Both the position numbers and the translations under genes were made by a program. Shown here piece by piece: positions 34,693-45,775 of a DNA stretch of 64,000 bases (position 1 is the stretch's first letter; each line of letters begins with the position of its first letter). This DNA is from Laetmonice hystrix (lineage: Eukaryota), in NCBI GenBank assembly GCA_965235115.1, contig OZ249440.1, positions 33,668,001-33,732,000 of the forward strand, given 5' to 3'. The notes beneath the pieces were generated by a model, which searched no databases, was not told where the DNA came from, and saw only the letters and a list, made by a program, of their open reading frames with translations.

Positions 34693-35812
34693 ATGAAACC
34701 AGACAGTTCGGGAAAAGCGATGAGGACCTGCACAAGGTGCGGGGCAGTATTCACCACTAGGGAGAGGCTGAAACGGCACAAGAGGGACAAACACCCACAG
34801 AAGAAGACCCGCTGCCCCCACTGCCCCTTCGATGTACCATCCAGTCGGGCATATAAGATGAAAGCTCATTTCGAGAGGAGGCACCCGGAACAGCTGAACG
34901 GGCCCATCGCGCCGGCCTTCAGCCCAGCGACGAGTGTATGGAGTCGCTCTCCAGGGATAGCAATTGGGGAGGAGGAGGGCCTTCCGGGGTTGTCCCCAGA
35001 GTTCGTCAGCCGGTATCTGGGTGAGCAGCCTGAGGCCGCTACGGGAAGTGAGAAGGAGGAGAGACTGAGGAGAGAGGTGGCAGAGTTGAGGGAGAAGCTG
35101 TTGCACCTAGAGGAAGTACAGAGACAGGAAGAGAGGGACGAGAGGAGAGTAGCGGTGAGGGAGAGTGCTGTAGGGGAGGAGAGAAGCAGAGAGGAAGAGA
35201 CGGACGAGAGGAGTGTAGCGGTGAGGGAGAGTGCTGTAGGGGAGGAGAGAAGCAGAGAGGAAGGGAAGGACAAGAGGAGTGTAGCAGTGAGGGGAGAGAA
35301 GAGGGAGGAGGAGAGAGGTGGAGAGAGAAGACCCGGGGAGGAGTGTGAAAAGGAGAGAAGTGGAGAAGGAAGTTGGGCTGGATGAGGATTTAGAACTGGA
35401 AGAGATGGCGTTGGAAGTAGAGGAGAGAGTTTTGGTGGAGGCTTGGCGGGCAGAGCCGGAGGCAGGTCGAAGGAGCGAGAGCACATCCTGGAGGAGGCCC
35501 ATCGCAGTGCCTGGCAGGAGGGGACCCACATATGATGAATTCCATCTAGACTCCAGGCTGTTGTTCCTGGGGGCTCCAAGTGCGTATGTGGGGGCGACAA
35601 GGCCGCCTGCCCGGCTGCTGCAGAACCTGAGGCGAGAGGCACTGAGGACCGGGAGGCTTACGTCCATGCTGGAATGCCCGGAGGGAGTGGCCTCGGTGGT
35701 GAAAACGGAGAGGGCGATTCTACCTGATGGAACGATATATGAACTCTCTGCAACCTGGACCCCAAAACCAGTTCTGAGGACCTGGAAGTCAGCTAACACC
35801 CAAACGGACTGA
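34693..35812 (+). CDS. Gypsy-1 accessory ORF3: two C2H2 zinc fingers, E/R-rich coiled coil, unknown C-terminal domain (split over two frames)
   Basis: CTRC-X12-HKRDKH and CPHC-X14-HFERRH; LRREVAELREKLLHLEE; 63-bp internal repeats; overlapping frame 35318-35812 ends ...TERAILPDGTIYELSATW. Confidence 0.7.
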
Positions 35813-36194
35813 AGAGGGTGGCCCCCCCGAAGCCCCCATGTAGGTGAATAGCACTTGCATGGGTAATTCCAAATTTTCAAAATTTTGTCAGAGTCTTTGA
35901 GCTCAAATTCGGCCCTTCAGATTAAAGCAGGACATTTCAAGAACTAAAGGTTCATACGCGATTATTCAGAGTGAATACCAGTAATTGTCGCTATTTATTT
36001 CATTTGTGATATTTGTATAAAACTAATTGATATCAAAGTGTTCTGTATTATACTGGCACAGTACAGTGCGTCCGGTTGAAGTTAAAATCCTACCTGCTGT
36101 GTAAATGTGGAACTGGTAAGTGGATAGCCATTGTTGGACTGTCCTATATCCTGGTGTAATTCTTCTGGTTGTTGTCATTGGACCTATGTGTAAA

Positions 36195-36840
36195 ACGGTA
36201 TTATTGTTATTATCGGAGACACTTGAACAGACTTGAGTGTAAGGTAATATTTTTCAGCTTTGTGCAGTAGAGTACAAAGTCAAGGTAACAGTATATTATT
36301 ATTCATCAGAGACACTCTATGTGAGTGTGGAATAATGTGTACAGGTGACAAGGTCAAGGTAAAGGTAACGGTATATTATTATTCATCAGAGACACTCTAT
36401 GTGAGTGTGGAATAATGTGTACAGGTGACAAGGTCAAGGTAAAGGTAACGGTATATTATTATTCATCAGAGACACTCTATGTGAGTGTGGAATAATGTGT
36501 ACAGGTGACAAGGTCAAGGTAAAGGTAACGGTATATTATTATTCATCAGAGACACTCTATGTGAGTGTGGAATAATGTGTACAGGTGACAAGGTCAAGGT
36601 AAAGGTAACGGTATATTATTATTCATCAGAGACACTCTATGTGAGTGTGGAATAATGTGTACAGGTGACAAGGACAAGGTAAAGGTAACAGTATATTATT
36701 ATTCATCAGAGACACTCTATGTGAGTGTGGAATAATGTGTACAGGTGACAAGGTCAAGGTAAAGGTAACGGTATATTATTATTCATCAGAGACACTCTAT
36801 GTGAGTGTGGAATAATGTGTACAGGTGACAAGGACAAGGT
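36195..36840 (+). repeat. ~7 near-identical 80-bp tandem repeats plus one degenerate unit in the Gypsy-1 3' UTR
   Basis: attcatcagagacactctatgtgagtgtggaataatg... recurs at 36301, 36381, 36461, 36541, 36621, 36701, 36781. Confidence 0.95.
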
Positions 36841-37099
36841 CAGGTATTTTTGGATCTACTCTAATGGATCTGAGTAAGGTTGGTTGGTTGTATGGGTTAC
36901 AACACGTAGTAAATATTGTGTAGTCAATGGTTCAGTATGTGTATGGTGTGTGGCCGTGGTAGGTAAAGGCCGGATAATAACCAGGATGAACTCTAACTTC
37001 TACTGTATGTCACTGAATTTCATATGATGAAACTGTGTCTTATTATTTATTTATTTATTTTCAAATTTGTGTAGATTGCAAATCTACTTACTATGTTTA

Positions 37100-37485
37100 C
37101 AGGGTCAACTCAAGTACAGGGCCTAGCAGTTATAGTCTAATGACTATGTGATAGTATGTCAGTACGTGGTGATATTCTTTACAGTGTCAACTCAAGTGTC
37201 AGTGATATGGTCTAGACTCAAGTACAGGGCCTAGCAGTTATAGTCTAATGACTATGTGATAGTATGTCAGTATGTGGTGATATTCTTTACAGTGTCAACT
37301 CAAGTGTCGGTGATATGGTCTAGACTCAAGTACAGGGTCTAGCATGGTCAACTCAGGTGTCAGTGATTTGGTCTAGACTCAAGTACAGGGTCTAGCATGG
37401 TCAACTCAGGCGTCAGTGGTTTGGTCTAGACTCAAGTACAGGGCCTAGCAGTTATAGTCTAATGACTATGTGGTGATATTTTATA
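37100..37485 (+). repeat. Compound tandem repeat (actcaagtacagggcctagca / gtcaactcaagtgtcagtgat modules)
   Basis: actcaagtacaggg occurs five times with alternating spacer modules. Confidence 0.85.
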
Positions 37486-38488
37486 TCCTACTTAGTGAGG
37501 GTATAGTCCTACGGGTTTAGGGTGTGTAGTTAGATACCCTAGGTAATAACGTGAACTAAAGCCCCGTAAAGGAACTGGTGGTTGTATAGTGTATATATAA
37601 TAATTGTTAAGTCCCATTATTTTTTTAGATAGTCTATAGACATATGGTATAGACTGGGATTGGCAAACTGTCTAAAGCTACAGTGAAAGTGTGTTTACAC
37701 AATACCAAACGCAAACTATGGTTGTAATGTTCTGAATTAATAATTATAGAAGTCCGTACAGTCTATACTATATAGCAGTGTAGAATAGATTGTGGTTGTG
37801 AGTGTGGTCTGTGTTGGCGCACTGTGCTAGGACTAGACTTAGTCACTTAGTAATGTCTAGTTATCAATCCGTCCAGGAAGTACTTGACAAAATCAAATGG
37901 TGGGACAGTATGAGGTTGAAGTTGTGGTGTAAACTACAGGTTGTAGTGGAAGTTAAACTACAAGTTGTTTTTTTAGTCGGAGTGAACTTTTTAAACTGTA
38001 ACAGTACAATACTAGGGTAATGCTTTTGGAGTTGTAACCGGGACCCGGTAACCCGGACGGAGACATCCCGGGTCAGATCTGTACTGATCTTGCCCCTTTT
38101 TATGGCCTTGTAATTCTATAGGTCATAGTTATACTGTCCTATAACTTGGAGAAGTGTTTATTGATAGTTATACTTGTTAAAACTCGTTAGAACTTACCGT
38201 TAGTGGATCCACCTTCTTGCCGGCTTCGTGCCTCGTGGTTGTCCGGCAGGTGCCCGTGTGCAGAGAGGCCCACGTGGGGTCCTGACCTACTTATCAGTGT
38301 CGCGCGTCCCGTGCAAAAACTTTCTATGGCGCGCAGTTAGGACACAATCAACTGTACTATATGGAAGGCGGTTAGGTCATTTACTGTTACTTTGGAATAC
38401 AGTTTGGTGATAAATGTGATGTTACCTATTATGGTGGATGTATATACTTAATTATTATTGCCGGTCCGAGGACGGACCTTAAATCAAT

Positions 38489-38502
38489 AGGGAAGGGGGA
38501 AG
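38489..38502 (+). promoter_or_regulatory. Polypurine tract of Gypsy-1
   Basis: AGGGAAGGGGGAAG directly before the 3' LTR, preceded by a GGTCCG/CGGACC hairpin. Confidence 0.9.
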
Positions 38503-39588
38503 TGTGATGTTTATGGGGTCTTAGACCTAAACTTGTCAATGGTCATCTGGTAAGATTTCACAGTGGTCGACCAGTTATTTTCAGTTGTCAATTGTCGACC
38601 CCAGGTCGACCCAGTCATTCTTTGTCGACCCCCGGGACAAACTCTCTCAACAGTAGCTGATATTATCATTGTCAACTGTAATCAGTCAGCATTTATTGTT
38701 ATCACTACAATACCTTTGTATACAGCTACCAGTCTTGATCTGTAATCATTTAGAGGCGTCATATTTTGTGTAAAGTTATCAATAACGGTAATCTTAGTCA
38801 TGCGGTGGCCGCCATGTTGTTTTGGTCGACCTCCGGGTCGAAATATTACGTCATCATTCATTGGTTGGACGTGACCTAGTTGTGTTACAAGCGCGCCGCC
38901 TATTGGTTATTTTCCGACCCAGGGTCGACCCCCAAAACCGACCCACCCCCAGAAACTATAAATAGGCCCCAAAACGCCCTTGAGTTCAGTTCATCTCGAT
39001 CATCCCCCGAGGTTAGTAGGAGCGGTAGATGTGAACTCATTTTGGCACTTTTATGTTGCTAAGGTCGGCACTGACATTGGATCGGACGACTAACTAGCAA
39101 AGGAATTACATTAATGGACTTTTCTTCTTTTTTTTTTATTGAGGATTAGGAGGAATTAGCGGTTTGGTGTGAAAAAATCAATTGTCATGGTGTGGAAGTT
39201 GTCTGTCTGACGGGAATTCATATGATGTTAGGGAATACTGAGTGCTGTTGTTAGGCTGAGGGAATACTGAGTGCTGTTGTTAGGCTGAGACTGTCAGCCA
39301 CCGTTATGATTATTTGTTCCTGATTGACCTGAATGCTGTGTATGCTGCGGAAACAACAATGTCTTTGTATACTGCAAGGTTTATTTTCCAATAAACATAA
39401 ACCACCGTGTTTTTAACCTGACCACAGACTCTCCTCGCTTTGGATTTGCTGGGATTAGCCATTATTCTCAATGACCCTCGTGCCAGTCCTGACAAACTGG
39501 CCTTCATTATTATCCGTCATTATCATTTGCAGCTAACTCTGAAAGTAAAACTCCCAGTGTATTCGTAAACATCCTCCGACACGTCACA
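38503..39588 (+). repeat. Gypsy-1 3' LTR (1086 bp)
   Basis: TG...CA termini, matches the 5' LTR, followed by TSD ATAT. Confidence 0.97.
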
Positions 39589-40009
39589 ATATACATGCAT
39601 TCCATGTAGCGCCCCAGTGCGCAATGACACAAGACTGGCACAGGTAGTGAGATGCCGGCAGAAATTGAGTCCCTTATATATATATAGTGGTTAGAGCCTC
39701 TAATAATGGTGTTAGTAAACTTATATAGACCAGATATCATTATAAAGTTGTTGTTATGTTAACAACTTTGGTCAAACATAGATCAATCGAATAAAATGAC
39801 CCGGCCACTTCGCGACTGCTCTGCAGGGCCGCACGGCACGGGTGGCTCCCTGTGGGGACAGCTAGGGCGGCCCGGCGGTCCGCGGGCTGGGAGTCGCCCT
39901 GGCTCATAATATTGAACCACTTTGAGTATGGATTTGCCGTATTATTTGCCTTGATTTGACTCGATTCAACACAAGGGTGTTCAACATAACGCTTAACATG
40001 AGAGTCAAG

Positions 40010-41420
40010 TCGTCAAAATGAACCGTCACAATCCCGTAAAATGAAAGAAGTCAAAGTTCAAACCGTCACAGAAAAACGGGTGTGACGATTCAACGGGGGC
40101 GTGTAACGGTTTGACAGGCTAATTGTCTTATCGCACGGATCATACATGCTAAATAAGGAATAGTCCACGTTTTCATGGCTAAATGTCATTGTCAAGAAAG
40201 GCTACAATCCGTGACAAATTCGGTTTCAGTTTTTTGCCAACTAACGAAGAAAGCCGTCTATTGACAGCACCACAGCCCAGACACTAGCGAGTGGCGGCCA
40301 TTGTTCAATTTGTTGTTTACATGGGACGCTACGACAATAGTTCGCTGACCCCATCTGACCCAATATGGCGACCTCCGATTGGTATCCGAGTCTCTCTACA
40401 TCGTAAAGGGCTCGGTGTTCCGAATGCACCTGACGATGATAGCCACCTGAAGCCAAGTACATTAAAAATGTCTGCATCCTCCTAATTGAAGTTGTCACAG
40501 AATCTCCATTACCTTGGTTTCTCCAAGCATAATAGCTCATTGAAATTTTCTCACAGTAAAGCGTGCTGCAGCTGGGTCATCACTGATGGGGCAGTCCATT
40601 GCCAATGCACATGAATTCCTCCAGTAGCTTTCCAATCCCTGAAGACCATCATGCCAATGTTAATCAGTAAAGATCGGCAGGGTATCTGGGACAAGGTGAG
40701 AGCTGCCAGGCTGACGAATCTACAGGATCAAGAGTATGTCACACACTCCATTTCCTCTTATCCTGATGATGTGCAAGATGAGACGATGGAACCACTGGCT
40801 CCTCAAGACTTCCAATGACAACCATGGCAGCAATGATGATGATGGCAGTGATGACATCAATGTTGGTTCTCATCCAAGTGCTATAATATCAGTGCATGGA
40901 CGAGACAGGAGGTATATTTGTGAGATCACCCATACATCTGAGAAAAATGATTATTTCCACTTCGAATACAGTTCCTGCAGAGACGGCCGTGATGGGCGAG
41001 TGTTCGTTTACAAGGAGGAAGACAGCAGCAACATATCCACAAACCAAGTGATCAGAATACTGGAAGACCCAAAGACCATGAATAATCGTGGTCTGAAATT
41101 ACATTTCCCAGAGTAAAGGACTATGCCTATTGTTACAGGATGAGACAGATCGAGTTCTGATCAAATTTGTACTGTTGTCCTAACGTGCAGCAGGGCACAG
41201 TTTGTGAAAATTTAAGATTTTGCTTAAGCTTAACTGTAACACTTCTGCATACCTGTCAACTCTCTGCAGTGATATTTATAGTAAATTGTCTGCTAGTCCT
41301 ACATAACAAAATGAGTACTGTCGAACCCAGTGATAACTTTTTTCCGTGGACCGCTAGCATTTTCCTTATATCCACTAATGTGAACTGTATAAATCGACAG
41401 AAATGAACAAAGTAACCCCG
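40010..41420. mobile_element. Mixed DNA-transposon remnants
   Basis: Repeated aaccgtcaca motifs in both orientations at 40015-40120; minus-strand RMQTFLMYLASGGYHRQV resembles a PIF/Harbinger transposase N-terminus; ORF 40736-41116 resembles a transposase C-terminus only weakly. Confidence 0.35.
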
Positions 41421-41798
41421 AACCCCCCCCCCCCCCCCCAGATATATGCACTTCCGTACGTCCCCTTTTAAGTACATATCTCTTGAATTCCACTTCAGGT
41501 ACAACTGGTGTCATAAGGTCACCAGAGCCACCGTCGAGATGTGTATCCTTGGCCTTTTCATGCATGGAGTTGAATCTTCCTTTTGTTTAATTATATGTTA
41601 CGCGGGACTTTCACTCGTTTCACTCGTTATATGTTGCTAGCAATGAGGGATGCGGTAATCTCGAAGCCCCCTCCCAGTGGATGATGCTTAACTCCAGGGC
41701 AGACGATCCTTTTCAATAATCCTCGTTAGCACACTGTTCATCAGCTCTCTGGTACCCAGCTTGTCACAATGAGAGGAATGTCTCACCGTTCATGAAGT

Positions 41799-41940
41799 GG
41801 GGGTCAGATGGCTGAGCGGTCCAAGTCACTAATTGTTGTTTCACCTCCCAACCAGTGCATGGCGACTGGTAAATTAAAGGCTGGCGTACTGCCTATATAG
41901 ATGCAATTCTGTGTAGAGCTGGTGTAAAATAGATTCAAGG
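41799..41940 (+). mobile_element. Degenerate tRNA-derived SINE remnant
   Basis: ggtcagatggctgagcggtccaag is tRNA-Leu/Ser 5'/A-box-like, followed by a caaccagtg...actggt hairpin; no B box. Confidence 0.35.
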
Positions 41941-43717
41941 AACCCCAGTCATGCTGTCACAAACAGCTTGCACTGGGCCTTACCACACTCATACCAGACT
42001 AGTGAGTCATAGTTACGTTATAGGTATTTTAATCTTAAAAACAGTGAAATATATATGAATGAACAAATGAAAATGAATCCCCCAATCAAGTTTGATTTAA
42101 TTTTGAATGAACAGGAGGAATTGGAAATGGCGTCCAGGGTCTTCAACAGGAGGTGCAACAACACCCAGAGAGCATCAATGACCGGTATTTATATTATAAT
42201 CTGTTAATTCAAACTGAACAACCCATGATCAATTTCTAAAATTGTAGGTAACCCAAGGGCTGTTTTCCCAAATACATTGTACTGCAGCCCAGGTACCAAT
42301 GTAGATAATTGTTGAAAACACATAGATTTAAACTGATATTCTTCTAGAACATGCAGACTGGAAAGGAACAAAATGAAAAAAATCAAGGCATCCCTTAACG
42401 CTGTTGAGAGGCCCATGATCAGTGAATCTCCAGGGGAAATGGCTGAGAACTTTGTTACTCCGCAAGGTAAATCCTCATTCGGAACACCTTGGCCCAACTT
42501 CCGGTCGCTTCGCTAGTTGTCGGCTCAGTCACAATCAGGTGTCATTTTAGGACTATGTAATGTTACAGCAACCTTTGCACACCTATACCAATAAATAGCC
42601 ACAGTTTATGTTCATTATGCGAAGTGTCTTGTTAACACACATACATCCATGCACCTTCTTTTGGTCGATGTTGAAGTTCGTGTTTCTAAAAGTGGTTTTA
42701 CATGTGGAAGAATGGCAGGTTTTAGTTGTTACGGGTTTGCACTTAGGAAATTACGTAGTTTTGCATAACGTAAATGTCAGTTTAATGTTACAATTACACT
42801 AATGTAGATATGCATGATAAATTTGTTAACATTTTGTCTTTATATGCAGGTATTCTGGTTGAAATCTGACCTCTGTGACGAAAGTACCAGAATGTTTTCA
42901 ATAATGTGTTGTTCGTTACAAAATAGCGATATTTTTATTACAATGACCAAAACCTTACCTGATATCTGTAATTTTCAACATAAATGCATACTAATGCCAC
43001 TGGTTTAAACTTAATAATGTTTATTTGGAACTGGGATGGAGAAAAAAGTTTGGGTGTTATCATATATGAAAATAGGTATGAATCCTTTTGCATGCTGTTA
43101 TTTCCAGAAATTTTTGTCCTGTCCGTACCCCATGGGGCATCTCGCTACTCTAAAAGCAGCTACTTGTGCCATATTGTGCATGTGTAGCCCTTCTTTGGAC
43201 GTCCTTAAATACAATATTTATAAGAGGTTTCACACTGTTGCGTCCTGAAAAACAAGACACAACTCGCATTTTGTCCTGTCCGTCCCCGTCGTCCTGTCCG
43301 TACCCCCTTGCTAAAGGCTTTAATTTGATGAAGTTTTATCAAGTGAATATGACAATATGTTGATTATTTACTACTGGATAAACTGTAAAGGCAATAATAC
43401 ATTTAGTTCATGCAATATTTCGCTCAAAGTTTTAATACAAGGGAAATTTACTAACGGGTTATGCACCACCTAAACTTATATGCTTCAAAAATGTATTTTA
43501 GTTCAGTAAATCTGGTGCTAATATTGTGATTACTGCATTAATTTGCAATGCTTGCTACATTATATGTATAACAATAAGAAATTTAAAAGCTATCTGATTT
43601 CTGCTTTAATTTAATAGGCAGCACTGTAACCCGAAAATAATGAAGGGGGACGGACAGGACATTATTTAAAGTGAAGGATGTGTGAACATAATCAGTTTCT
43701 GTTTGCATATATATTGC

Positions 43718-44335
43718 AGTGAGTGAGTGAGTAGTGGTGGTTTTCCGCCGTGTCGGCACCCGGGGTCATCTTCATGGCGAAAACAGGGTTAAAAGACCAT
43801 AAAGTGAAAGGAACCCATTTTATCCCGGGCCCCAACGGGAATTGAAACAAACTCAATCCTGTCAGCCCAACAGGGCTATCGACGAGCCTGAACTATAAAA
43901 GAGTGAGAAGTCCAGCCTCTGGCAAAAACTCTAAAATCACATACTGGTCTGACATTGCTAAAAAGGCCCTTAAAAATTGTCTCATTATAAAACCGTTGTC
44001 TGATCAGAGTAAAATCACCACACTCAAGTAAAAGATGCTTCAGTGTCAAAGGACATTGACAGCCATAACATTCTGGAGGTGGCTCCCCTTCAATAAAAAC
44101 ACGTGGATTAATCTAGAATGACCAATCCTGCATCAAGTAAAAACAATTTCATGCCTACGTTGGGTCAGGCCGTGATGATACCTTTGGTTCACGACGGGAC
44201 TGATCTGATACAATATATTGTTTGGTTGTTCATTCAATTCGGCTTGCCATTTGTTATTAACTTAAGCCCAGATGGTTTTGGTAGGTCTGAGATCAGATTG
44301 GACACGGTTTGACATCTGTTTCAAGAGCCCTCTTC
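43718..44335 (-). mobile_element. Nimb LINE 3' fragment (3' UTR type A, diverged)
   Basis: (GAGT)n tail + agtggtggttttccgccg; homologous to the ORF2 C-terminus of 46588-47520. Confidence 0.88.
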
Positions 44336-44346
44336 CTGAAGTCTTC

Positions 44347-45775
44347 GTGAGTGAGTGAGTGAGTGAGTAGTGGTGGTTTTGCGCCGTGTCGGCATCTGGG
44401 GCCATATTCACGGCGAAAACAGAGTTATAAGACCATAAAACCAAAGGAACCTATTTTATCCCGGGTCCCAACGGGAACACCACCAAAACACATCTATAAA
44501 AGATTCAGAAGTCCAGCCTCTGACAAGAACTCTAAAATCACTCCTGGTCTGATATTGCCAAAAAGATCCTTAAGACTTGTCTCATTATAAAACCTTTGTC
44601 TGATGAGAGTAAAATCACCACATTCGAGTAAAAGATGCTTCAGTGTCAAAGGACACTGACAGCCATGACATTCTGGAGGTGGCTCCCCCTTCAATAAAAA
44701 CACATGAGTTAATCTAGAATGACCAACTCTGCATCGAGTAAAAACAATTTCATGCCTCTGTTGGGTTAGGCCATGATGATACCTTTGGTTTACGATGGGA
44801 CTGATCTGATACAACTTATTGTTTGGTTGTTCATCCCATTCGGCCTGCCATTTGTTTTTAACATAAGCCCAGATGGTAGGTCTGAGGTCAGAGGCTGGGA
44901 TTGGACACAATTCGACGTCTGTTTCAAGAGCTCTCTTGGCAGTTCTGTCTGCTTGCTCATTGCCGGGGATGCCAACATGACCAGGCACCCAGCAAAAGTG
45001 AATGTCAAAGTTTGCATTGGCAAGCATTGCCAACTTGGACAAGATTCGAACGATCACTGGGTGATCTGTGTTCAAGTTAGCAAGTGCTTGCAGACAGGAT
45101 AAGGAATCCGAGAAAATAAGGAAGTCCTTTTTGCCAGAAACTTCAATATTTTGAAGGGCAAGAAGCAGGGCCCGGGCCTCTGCTGAGAAGATGGAACTTT
45201 GCCCTGAGATGCGGGTGCCGAAGTTGTGTTTGCCATGAACTGCTGCCGCAGACACATCACTGCCATCCTTTGAGCCATCAGTATAGAAGGCATAATGAGA
45301 TGGATACCTTGCCTGGACGTCAAGGAAATGGTCAAAATATGTCAGGGGATCCGACTTCTTCAGTTGAGCCAACTGAAGGATGACATCAGGCTTTTCTAGG
45401 TCCCAAGGAGGGATATTGCAAAAGTGTGTCTGCCCCAGGACGTTCAGATCCACATCCAGTTCCTCTAGATGAGGTTTCACCCTCAGTCCAAAAGGACGTA
45501 TGTACGTTTCCTTTCTTTCATATAAATGTTGGAACTGAGGGTGAAAGACGCAATTGTAAGCTGGATTTGAACTGTTTGTCCTGAGCTTGACTGCATACTG
45601 CAGAGCCAGCTTCATACGCCTGTTGTAAAGCGAGGGCTCTCTGGCCTCCACATAGAGGCTCTGAACAGGAGACGTTCTAAAAGCCCCAAGTGAAAGCCGC
45701 AAACCCTGGTGGTGAACCGTGTCCAAAAGCCGTATGTAAGACTTACAAGCAGAGCCGTAAACTATGCTGCCGTAA
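44347..45775 (-). mobile_element. 5'-truncated Nimb LINE (3' UTR type B) with open RNase H/CCHC ORF2 C-terminus
   Basis: ORF 44494-45789: FYTDGSK, SIFSAEA, IFSDSLS, WVPGHVGIPGNEQAD, C..C...LT.KHLLLEC; (GAGT)n tail. Confidence 0.93.

Larger units (their letters stand above)
21979..39588 (+). mobile_element. Full-length Ty3/Gypsy LTR retrotransposon with accessory zinc-finger ORF; DIRS inserted in the 5' LTR
   Basis: LTRs TGTGATG...CGTCACA; 4-bp TSD ATAT (21975-21978, 39589-39592); PBS, gag, PR-RT-RH-IN order, PPT. Confidence 0.97.

Noticed and set aside
34693..35812. ORF3 as an env gene
   Set aside because: No signal peptide, transmembrane helix or fusion-protein features visible.
34606..35880. 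Antisense Ser/Leu/Pro-rich ORFs (34606-35106, 34866-35642, 35107-35880)
   Set aside because: Shadow frames of the purine-rich ORF3 strand; no independent motif.
36280..36840. CRISPR-like array
   Set aside because: Units are contiguous and near-identical with no unique spacers, there are no cas genes, and the context is a eukaryotic retrotransposon.
41799..41870. tRNA gene
   Set aside because: Only the 5' arm/A-box resembles tRNA; no anticodon arm or T-arm.
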